From Octopus vulgaris (lineage: Eukaryota): DNA of 64,000 nt. The stretch lies in NCBI GenBank assembly GCA_951406725.2, contig OX597814.1, forward strand, positions 104,966,001 to 105,030,000, in the 5' to 3' direction. The notes under the pieces are model-generated. The model ran no database searches. It was given only the letters and a program-made list of their open reading frames with translations, and was not told the DNA's origin. The translations under genes and the position numbers were made by a program. Positions 53,528 through 64,000 of the stretch are shown here, in pieces (within the stretch, counting starts at the first letter, position 1; each line of letters opens with the position of its first letter).

Positions 53528-53920
53528 GGAGGGGCAATGGCCCAGTGGTTAGGGCAGTGGACTCGCGGTCGGAGGAACGTGGTTTCGATTGCCAGACTGG
53601 GCGTTGTGTGTGTTTATTAAGCGAAAATACCTAAAGTTCCACGAGACTCCGGCAGTGGGGGGGGGGCGACCCCTGTTGTACTCTTTCGCTCCAACTTTCT
53701 CTCACTCTTTCTTCCTGTTTCTTGTCCCCGACTTCCTACGCAACCGCTGAGCCTGGATGCGCATTCATCCATCCGTCGATGCTCTCGGTGTCGGGGGTTG
53801 ACCTGCTTTCTCCTCTGCGGGTCTTACGAATAGCAAACGACCACGTTTCGGACTTCTCCCACTACAGACAATCCTGAGGCGCGATCTTGCGAGCTCTGGT
53901 ACGAAGACCGCTTCGCTCAA
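53528..53920 (+). mobile_element. tRNA-Arg-like SINE (OR-type), tail variant B, in a (CAA/CAG)n tract
   Basis: GGAGGGGCAATGGCCCAGTGGTTAGGGCAGTGGACTCGCGGTC..GGTTTCGATT head; body shared with 30401; different 3' ~200 bp. Confidence 0.82.
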
Positions 53921-54439
53921 CAAACAGCAACAGCAACAACAACAACAACGACATCAAGTGCTACAACAACCTGATACACCGTTGTATGAGAAGTTCAGGT
54001 CGATGATGGTGTGAAATATATTTGTCGTTGAGCTGAGTTGAGACAAAAAATTTAGCTGATGTTGATGGATGTCTGCTGACATTAGCAAATATATTTAAAG
54101 AACATCCAAAATAATTTTGGTTCGTTAATTCGTCAGAAGTAATCACATGCTAATTAAATTTGTGCCGCGATATTCTAATTAGGAAAATTCTGTATTATTT
54201 CAGGTTTATTCATTTGGGATAGAAATTAATATTAACATTAAGAACAATTTTTCCAAGATTTCTGAACAAAAATGATACATTTGTGTATGTGTGTGTGTGT
54301 GTGTGTATGTGTGTATATGTATATATGTTTTTGTTTGTATATATATATAAAAACTATAATATATATATATATATATACATATATACATATACGTAAATAT
54401 AGACTTACATATATATACACATATATATATACACACACA

Positions 54440-54480
<41 letters not shown>

Positions 54481-54581
54481 CACACACGTATACAGACATA
54501 TATGTATTTGTGAATGTATTAAGGTACATTCAGTCATCTATTAATGGAATGAGTTCTGTAAAGACAGATCGACCGTGTCAT

Positions 54582-54627
<46 letters not shown>

Positions 54628-54984
54628 TGTGTGTGTATGTGTATGTGTGTGTGTGTGCGTGTGTGTGTGTGTGTTTAGTTCCAGAGTTGTGTAGAAACAA
54701 ACATGGCTGTATGAATAAACCCAAACGCGCATACGCACAAATACTGGCACGAATTCACATATACATGAGTATATATACATACACCTATATGCATGTATAT
54801 ATGCTTATATATATGCATATGCGTATACACATGCATATATAAAAACACATATATGTATGTATACTGAGAGTGAGAGAGAGAAAGAGTGTGAGAGAGACGA
54901 AAAGAGATATTGTACCGGCACGTGTGTGCATTAATTTTCTTCAATGTCTAATTAAATGTGTGATTATCAATATGATTATCAGCT

Positions 54985-55030
<46 letters not shown>

Positions 55031-55043
55031 TATATAAATATAC

Positions 55044-55074
<31 letters not shown>

Positions 55075-55126
55075 TTCATATTTATATATATATGTATATA
55101 TAAATAAACATAAATATATATGTATA

Positions 55127-55222
<96 letters not shown>

Positions 55223-55546
55223 CATATATATATACATATATATACATACATACATACATGATTATATGCATGTATGTATAAAACTAACACCTAACTGATG
55301 CTGTGAGAAGTCTTGCTATGTTATTAAATGGCTGTTGATTGACAAAGAAATTAATGAATTTGTCCATAACTATTAATTTCAATAACAATATGCGTAGCAC
55401 CTGTAAAGGAAAAAAATGTGACAAAACACATAATCGCCTTGTGTTGGTTTGTTTTTGCTGTTGTTGTTGTTCTTGTTTTTTTTTACCTCATGGTAGCACT
55501 GGTGGAGCAGATCCAAGGCTAGAAAACAAATTCACGTAACCCGCCA

Positions 55547-55720
55547 TTAACCCTTTGGCATTGATACCTGCCATATATAACCCAGATATTCTGCCCATTC
55601 TATGTTCGAACCAGCCAGATCTAACTTCTCCCACCTGCCTTACAATGTCATTCTGAATATAAACATTCCTATAATTGAAATCCTAAAATCTGCAAATTAA
55701 TGGCTGGTTAATTCAATATA
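55547..55720. mobile_element. piggyBac-type MITE remnant
   Basis: Begins TTAA-CCCTTTGGCATT; partner end not found. Confidence 0.45.
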
Positions 55721-56144
55721 ACCGGACTAAACAACCATTACCGGTATTCTACAAAAAGCAACAGAGCGCCAGAGTGCAGCATCACCCACGCATCTGGCAG
55801 AGTGCAGCCCCGGTGCATACAGACACCTTAAACTGCATTTAGAGTAACTTTACTCAACTCATTATCTATACTTACACCCGTACTCACACTCAAACCTTCA
55901 GACGACAGGTGCACTGCTTCCCTTCATTCTCCCTCCTCTCACTCTCCCTCGCCTTACTTACCCACCCTCACCCTCCCTCTCTACTTCTTTTCTACTTCCT
56001 GTAATGGCTTCTACTCTTTAGAGCTGGGAAGGCTTGTGCCACCTCCGCTGCCCAGGCACACTCGAGGCACAATAATCTCTCCTTTTATCACCACTGTTGT
56101 CTCAAATCAATGCGGTCTTGAGCACTCATTCTCACTGGGCGTGT

Positions 56145-56307
56145 AGGTGCAAGCGTGGCTGTGTGGATAGAAGCTTGCTTCCCAACCACATGGTTCTAGG
56201 TTCAGTCCCACCGCATGGTGCCTGTGGCTAGTATCTTCTATCACAGCCTCGGGCCGACCAAAGCTTTGTGAGTGGATTTGGTAGATGGAAACTGGAAGAA
56301 GCCCGTC

Positions 56308-56364
<57 letters not shown>

Positions 56365-56583
56365 CGTGTGTGTGTTTGTGTCTATGCTTGTCCCCCTATC
56401 ATCGCTTGACCACCGCTGTTGGTGTGTCTACGTCCCTGTACATTAGCGATTCAGCAAAAGAGACTGGTAGAATAAATACCAAGCTTACAAAGAATAAGTC
56501 CCGGGATCGATTTCTTCGACTAAAAGGCGGTGCTCCAGCATGGCCGCAGTCAAATGACTGAAACAAATAAAAGAATAAAAGAA
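56145..56583 (+). mobile_element. SINE (11796 family), full length
   Basis: Head, core, internal microsatellite and GGCGGTGCTCCAGCATGGCCGCAGTCAAATGACTGAAAC tail. Confidence 0.88.
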
Positions 56584-56621
56584 TGTGTGTGCGTGTGTGA
56601 ACTCAATATATGTGTGTATAT

Positions 56622-56990
56622 ATCTTTTGCTTGTTTCAACCATTAGACTGTGGCCATGCTGGATCACCACCTTGAAGAATCTTTAATCGAATGGATCGAC
56701 TCCAATACTTTTTTTAAAGTCTGGTACTTATTCTATTGGTCGCTTATGCCAAACAGCTATGTTACGGAGATGCAAACACACCAACAACGGTTGTGAAGCG
56801 GTGGTAAGGGACAATGACAGATACACACGTACACACACACACACACACACGCACACATGTGCGACGGGTTTACTTATGTTTATCTTCTGCCAAATCCACT
56901 TTGGTCGATTGTAGAAAACACCTGCCACGCAGTGGGAGTGAACCCGGAAATATGTGGTTGGTTAGCAAGCTACTTACCACACAGCTACGA
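56622..56990 (-). mobile_element. SINE (11796 family), tail-to-tail with the previous copy
   Basis: Reverse complement of the family from tail (TTGTTTCAACCATTAGACTGTGGCCATGCTGGA) to head (CTACTTACCACACAGC). Confidence 0.85.
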
Positions 56991-57077
56991 CTCAAGAACT
57001 GAAACTTTCGTTCTTCAACACTTACCGACCTTGTTACAAATCAACAGTCTATTAATTTATGTACAGGGCTGATGGTT

Positions 57078-57227
57078 CATTATTTACATTATTTATATTT
57101 GACGGATATTTGTCCTCATCTTGTTTGTTGTTAACACAACGTTTCAGCTGATGTACTCTCCAGCATTCATCAGATGCCTTGGGGAAATTTCGAACCTGGG
57201 TTCTCATTCCTAAGGTATTTTTCGATG

Positions 57228-57259
<32 letters not shown>

Positions 57260-57340
57260 TTTTTTTTTTTCTTTTTTCAAATTTGCTTCCATTTCTTGCC
57301 GAGTGTCTTCCCGACTCCTAGGGCAAAGAAACTCATAGTA

Positions 57341-57406
<66 letters not shown>

Positions 57407-57445
57407 CATTATTATCATCATTATTATTATCATTATTATTCAGGT
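57078..57445 (-). mobile_element. tRNA-head/(AAT)n/hammerhead family, copy 4, with a short nested 3'-end fragment (57258-57340)
   Basis: HHR GGCAT-CTGATGA-A-TGCTG..CAGCT-GAAAC-GTT|GTGTT (57133-57178); same body; truncated at CAGGT just before the head. Confidence 0.78.
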
Positions 57446-57643
57446 TAATGGTATTTCCCTGGATAATTCTGGAACAAATTATAAAAACAACTCCAAAGTC
57501 ACATGGATAATTTTCAAATACTTTGTCCGTTACTCCATTCAGTAAGTACATACATAAATAAGGAAGATCTGTGCATACGTACATGCGTCGGCGCACAGAC
57601 ACACATACATATAGATATTTAAACGCGTAATTTCACACATACA

Positions 57644-57717
<74 letters not shown>

Positions 57718-58069
57718 CACATTTTCGTGAAGTTAGATAGCAGATAAAAAAGATATGTGTTAGAGAGAGCACAACTTTGCTTCAGTAAAAACACGTGTCA
57801 ATTGAAGAGATCTGCCAAGGAAAGTTAGACAAGGTTATCAAGAAGAAAAAAACAGGTGTTGACACTGACTTTCCTTGCATGAGACACGGTTCCGTGTTTG
57901 AAGAATTTCTGATGCCTCACAGAAACTAACAGCTCTTCAAGATGCACCAGATGGTATTGAACCGAAACTGATGTAGTTTTAAGTACACTGCAAAGACCTC
58001 AAAACCTAATCGGCTAAATAACAAAAATACGTCCTTATTTCCTTATTTCCAGTTAAATAACTGACTATG

Positions 58070-58227
<158 letters not shown>

Positions 58228-58239
58228 TGTAAATATAAT

Positions 58240-58985
58240 ATGTGACAATTATTCGGTAGCCATGATGAAACTCCGAGTTTCGGATGTCGGGGCGGAAACC
58301 CACGCTGGCATCTCTTCAGCTATCGGTCCACCTTGAGCTTCAGGCACTGGGATAAAAGGAAAATGACCAAATTATCCAGTCATATAGAGTCCTTAAAAGA
58401 TAAGGGTATCAGTTACAACATCCATTGGAAGATCTTAGCCAAGTGTAAGCCCTACACCAACGGCAGTGGAAAGTGCAGTATTTGTGATATGGAAACATGG
58501 CTCATCTGGAAAAGCAGCTTAGACTCATCACATGTCTAAATTCAAGAACTGAACTTTTCGGGTCATGTCCACACGTGCCTAAATATTTGTTACGTTTTTG
58601 GTCCCCCCCCCCCCAGATTACAGATAGGACTTACTTTCCATATTTTGTCGACATACAAGCTTTTTATCTCTCTATACTTTTTACTTATATTTCTTATATA
58701 TTTTTTATAATTTTTTTTTACATATTTATAGAGATATTGGGTTATAGTTTTATTGCTCATATATTTTTTTACACATAATTTTTCTGCATTCTACCTTCCA
58801 CCCTACATTTTTCCTATGCTCATATAGACGTGTATATGGAATTTTTTGCGCGCGCATGTGGATGTGTGAGTGTGTGTGCGGGTGTGTGCGTATAGAGACG
58901 TGTGTGTGTGCGTGCATGCGAGTATGTGCGTATATAGACGTGTTTTATTCTTATTGCCTATTTTTTAGACTATTTCACACATTTT

Positions 58986-58990
<5 letters not shown>
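58240..58990 (+). mobile_element. 5'-truncated PLE (GIY-YIG C-terminus 58333-58610) preceded by an inverted pseudo-LTR piece with HHR (58264-58324, -)
   Basis: SFRHWDKRKMTKLSSHIESLKDKGISYNIHWKILAKCKPYTNGSGKCSICDMET / LNSRTELFGSCPH; (-) GATAG-CTGAAGA-GATG..CATC-C-GAAAC-TCGGA-GTT. Confidence 0.82.
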
Positions 58991-59072
<82 letters not shown>

Positions 59073-59075
<3 letters not shown>

Positions 59076-59299
59076 CTTTACTGCCCACAAGGGGCTAAAC
59101 ATAGAGAGGACAAGCAAGGACAGACAAAGGGATTAAGTCGATTACATCGACTTCAGTGCGAAACTGGTACTTTATTTATCGACCCAGAAACGATGACAAG
59201 CAAAGTCGACCTCGGCGGAATTTGAACTCAGAACGTAACGACAGACGAAATACTGCTAAGCATATCGCCCGGCGCGCTAACGTTTCTGCCAGCTCGCCT

Positions 59300-59300
<1 letters not shown>
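59073..59300 (-). mobile_element. tRNA-derived SINE (4532 family)
   Basis: AAAGTCGACCTCGGCGGAATTTGAACTCAGAACGTAACG..GCTAACGTTTCTGCCAGCTCGCCTT. Confidence 0.88.
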
Positions 59301-59337
<37 letters not shown>

Positions 59338-59385
59338 TATAAATATATATACATATATATATACATATATATACATGTATGTATG

Positions 59386-59437
<52 letters not shown>

Positions 59438-59574
59438 TAAGTGAACAAACGAAAAAAGGACAGTCAACCAATTTATTGGAAATTGCATGACTGGTTCAAA
59501 ACAGTTTGATTCAAATTTGTTGATACTCTTGAGTTTGAAATGCGATGCTAGTCGTCAGCCATTTCTTACTATAT

Positions 59575-59900
59575 TATTCATTTATTCGGTTCCCATTGTG
59601 CTTTGTGATACTTAAGGTTACAGCAAGATCTTTCCACCTTCTAACACTGAAAGCGTTCTTGACAGCTTGCTCCATTGTTAACCCTCTGCTTTTCAGATCT
59701 TTTGTTATTGTTTTGCGCGACGTTTCCTTTGGTCGACCATCACCTTCTTTTACCTTGTGGATCCTGGCAACTGAGTTCGGTTTATAGCGACGAACTCGAC
59801 CCAGCCATTTTCCTCTCCTTGCTGAAATAGTTTCTGCTATTGGTTTCACGTTAGCCTTGGCTGTTCGAGATCATATGCAGCCTGTAGACCTTCAAAATTT
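59575..59900 (-). mobile_element. RTE-clade LINE 3' fragment
   Basis: KPIAETISARRGKWLGRVRR..GRPKETSRKTITKDL..RRWKDLAVTL. Confidence 0.8.
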
Positions 59901-60049
59901 GATATTGATTGCTTGGTTGAAAGAACGGACGACTCTTAATTGTGTTTGTGTTTGTACGCGTGTGTCTATGCGTGCGTACTTCTGTATATAAAGTCACATT
60001 TCCATCTTTACTTACACATTTCCATCTTTACTTACGCTATACTTACGCA

Positions 60050-60450
60050 TAGGCGCAGGAGTGGCTGTGTGGTAAGTAGCTTGCTGACGAACCACATGAT
60101 TCCGGGTTCATTCCCACTGCGTGGTACCTTGGGCAAGTGTCTTCTACTATAGCTTCGGGCCGACCAAAGCCTTGTGAGTGGATTTAGTAGACGGAAACTG
60201 AAAGAAGCCCGTCGTATATATATATATATATGTATGCGTGTGTGTGTTTATGTGTTTGTGTTTGTCCCCCAATATCGCTTGACAACTGATGGTGGTGTGT
60301 TTACGTACCCGTAACTTAGCGGTTCGGCAAAAGAGCCCAATAGAATAAGGGCTAGGCTTACAAAGTATAAGTCCAGAGGTCGATTTGCTCGACTAAAAGG
60401 CGGTGCTCCAGCATGGCCACAGTCAAATGACTGAAACAAATAAAAGGGTA
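60050..60450 (+). mobile_element. SINE (11796 family), full length
   Basis: AGGCGCAGGAGTGGCTGTGTGGTAAGTAGCTTGC...GGCGGTGCTCCAGCATGGCCACAGTCAAATGACTGAAAC. Confidence 0.9.
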
Positions 60451-60487
60451 AAAGGGTTATCCAAACGCGCGCACGCGTTGTGTGTGT

Positions 60488-60526
<39 letters not shown>

Positions 60527-62774
60527 GAGAGAGAGATGGGAGGGAGAGAGGCAGGTATAAACTCTATGAGCGATACTGATTAATAATACAAATAACGACA
60601 ACAGCAATATACCTGGGATGATCTTTCAGTCGCCTTTTCATGTCAGCTTTTGACAAGAGTTGGTTTGCATGGATGACTGGCAACTAGAACTGAATAACTT
60701 GGCTAATTTGTCCTCAATACAAAAAAAAAACTATGTATTGTATATAAGTCAGGTTAATCAATGTCTAAATTTGTGTTCAAACGATTACAAATTTTGCGAA
60801 GACGGTAGCAGTCATTCAATCTTCAATTATGGAAACAGCTGTGTTGCATTGACGTTATCAAGATTTCGGTAAGCAACGTCTTGGCGATCATATCTCGCCC
60901 ACAAATCTACATTATATCAAAGACGAAATATAATTAAAATAAGATGAAAAAAAAAAAAAACACCAAAGATCTTCGATGCTGAATGTGTCAGATATCAGAC
61001 GAGGTGAAATGTTCTTAATAAACTCAATATGATGTGAGTGTATTTTGATTAAAACAAGCTGCTTTGGAACAGATAAGAAGCCAGCTTATAATGAATGTAT
61101 AACCTGGCATTGTAAAGTAAGACAGCAACGATAATCTCAATGAATTTTAGAAAGACAAATTGAAGGGAAAAGTTCGGCTTTGAATGTCTGTTAATTAGCT
61201 TTGAGAATGGTTAGAAATAGTCTCGAAAATTATACGAGGCATCGTTCTTTCTTATAAGCAAAATATTGGAGTCCATTTATAAATTCTGACCTACACATTC
61301 CACTTACTGCTGAAGGTTTTGTTTTAATTGAGAGGATTTTGATAATGTTTAAATACAAGTCGTAATGGTGAAATTTCAAGAACAGTTACTTATGCTATGA
61401 AAAAAACCAAAAAAAAATATGGCTTGAGTCCGGGATTTGTAGACGAATAAACTATGATCACCATGAACAATGGATTGAAATGCTAAACCATATTTAGATG
61501 GCAGAGGATGTTATAACTTATTAACTCAGGGAGTCATCCGTTACTTTCGAAATCATTTCTTCATTTAGTTTTGTATAAATGCTTTGGTTCGTTTTTACTC
61601 TCTTTCTTTCTCTCACCCTCTCTCCTTTTCTCTCTCTCTCCCCCTCTCTCCATATCGATATCAACACAACCTGCACATTCACACACACATACGCAAGCAC
61701 TATCTTATGCCCAGAGTTGTTTGGTGTATTCGATATATTTTATACAGAGCAAATATTAAATGATATACAACAATATCTTGAGTTAAGCCGATAGATATTT
61801 CTTTCGCTTATACTGGTTTCAGCCACAGCTTGTGGCCCTATTGGAGCATTGCCTTAAAACTGAAAGGCTGTCAGAGTTTTTCCATTGGTTGTTGGCCTGT
61901 TCGCGACAGTCGTGAAAAGCCCAAGCAAGAGGAAACTGGCAACTTTTAATGTAATAAACATTATACATAGAAGCACACATATCTGTGTGTGTGTACGTGT
62001 GTGTGCGTGTATGTGCGTGTGTGTGTGTGAGTGTAATCTCTCTTCTACACGCTTGCTTGATGGAGCTGCGGTTATCCCAGATTTGTCATCGTACAAGAAT
62101 TGATCAGTTCCACCAGTGCCCCCTCCCCCATCACCGGCGATCCCATGCCAGTCCTTCTGCATCCATCAAAATGTCAGGGGGTATGTACAGGTCTTCTGGG
62201 ACGGCGAGTGGGGAGGAGCAATTTGGTTTCTTCTGGTAAGTGCCGTAACAGATCGAGGGTTCTTCTGGACAAGTTGTCAGGTTGTTTGCCCTCCGTACAC
62301 TGTAGATGGGGCTTCCATCTTGGCGACTATGAAATTTTGTAAAACAAAATGACACAGACTTTTGCAAAGTATTGTGTATTTTGTTGTAAGCGCTTTTGTT
62401 GTTCAACTTCTCAAATAGACATAGAAATAGACTAATCAGTGTGTGTATGTATATATATAAGACTTGTTTTATTTATATTTCCTGAGCGCCATACTAATAC
62501 AATTGTTTGTTTGTTTTCCACCTGCCTTCGTCTTTTGTCTATTTTCATAAAGCTTCCCGTTATATGTTCTCTTACTTTATTATCAACTTATAATCATCTC
62601 ATAATAATGACTTTTATGACTCTTATTACTACCTCAGTCAATCTAAATGTATATATTTGTCGTTACTTGTCATAAATAGCCTTTTTTTTTGGCAATGTGC
62701 ATTTTCGTTGATTTTTCATATTTTACCCTTACATTTCCACGTATATTTTATATTTTCTTTTTGTAACATATTTT

Positions 62775-62825
<51 letters not shown>

Positions 62826-63087
62826 ATTCAAATAAACAATTAAAAAACAGAAAGAAAAAGAAAGAAAAAATGAGAAAAAAAACCAACGTGAGGACGTACA
62901 CAAGCCATATATTAATGTAACGTTTCGGTGAAAGAAGCGAGTTGTTGTTCTTACCATTTCTAGCATAGCTCTTGGTTCGAAACGGGAAAGTCCAAAGAGA
63001 AAAAAGGGAAAATGAGGATAAATCGCCAACAGTCCACGCGCAGTTACATTTCTAAACTGTGTATATATATGTGTTTGTGTGAATGTA

Positions 63088-63131
<44 letters not shown>

Positions 63132-63163
63132 CATATACTCTCTCTCTCTCTCTCTCTCTCGCC

Positions 63164-63243
<80 letters not shown>

Positions 63244-63250
63244 CTCTATA

Positions 63251-63344
<94 letters not shown>

Positions 63345-63420
63345 ACTATCTATCTATCTCTATCTATCTATCTATCTATTAGGACAGACAGACGCAAGTC
63401 AAATGGGCTCCAGGTAAGTT

Positions 63421-63831
63421 ACTCTCTCTTTTTACTCTTTTACTTGTTTCAGTCATTTGACTGCGGCCATGGAGCACCGCCTTTAGTCGAGCAAATCGAC
63501 CCCGGGACTTATTCTTTGTAAGCCCAGTACTTATTCTATCGGTCTCTTTTGCCGAACCGCTAAGTGACGGGGACGTAAACACACCAGCATCGGTTGTCAA
63601 GCGATGTTGGGGGGACAAACACAGACACACAAACACACACACATACATATATATATATACATATATACGACAGGCTTCTTTCAGTTTCCGTCTACCAAAT
63701 CCACTCACAAGGCATTGGTCGGCCCGGGGCTATAGCAGAAGACACTTGCCCAAGATGCCACGCAGTGGGACTGAACCCGGAACCATGTGGTTGGTTAGCA
63801 AGCTACTTACCACACAGCCACTCCTGCGCCT
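63421..63831 (-). mobile_element. SINE (11796 family), full length
   Basis: Reverse complement of the 60050 copy ending CACACAGCCACTCCTGCGCCT. Confidence 0.9.
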
Positions 63832-64000
63832 ATTGGTCATTTTGTACGTTCAAAAGTGTTTATTGTTAAATATTTTGTGTTTAAAAGTTGTCAACAACAT
63901 CCACTGCAAACCTTGACTAATATCTACACAAAATTTCGCCCTTTGTGGGCAAAATTAAAAAAAATTCTCGTAGACTTCGTGTTGTATTTTAGCCATTTTT

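Noticed and set aside
53790-53880. HDV-like or hammerhead ribozyme in SINE tail B
   Set aside because: GACCTGC/GCGGGTC is a simple hairpin with no room for P2/P3; the minus-strand CTGTAGT..GAAAC lacks A6/A9 and stem I.

Overview
AT-rich, microsatellite-saturated metazoan DNA, very likely Octopus (inferred from the tRNA-derived SINE families and the (TA)n/(CA)n/(GATA)n load). I recognise no intact host gene; nearly all supplied ORFs are microsatellite artefacts. The real coding sequence is transposon-derived: a 5'-truncated Penelope-like element (PLE; RT + GIY-YIG), two more PLE endonuclease fragments, a Helitron deletion derivative with both termini (33405-36909), a young Tx1/L1-type LINE sitting in a (TC)n tract, and CR1, RTE, HERO-like, Dong/R4-like, mariner/Tc1 and piggyBac remnants plus many SINEs. 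The most striking unannotated signal is a dense set of minimal type-I hammerhead ribozyme (HHR) motifs (CUGANGA..GAAA..NUH with palindromic stem III), found by eye at about 15 loci in several unrelated short repeats that are usually arranged as inverted repeats, the PLE pseudo-LTR signature. One family (copies at ~1.5, ~50.3/51.2 and ~57.1 kb) fuses a tRNA-like Pol III A/B-box head, an (AAT)n spacer and an ultra-minimal HHR: a candidate Pol III-driven, PLE-mobilised ribozyme SINE. All structures were folded by hand; no searches were run.
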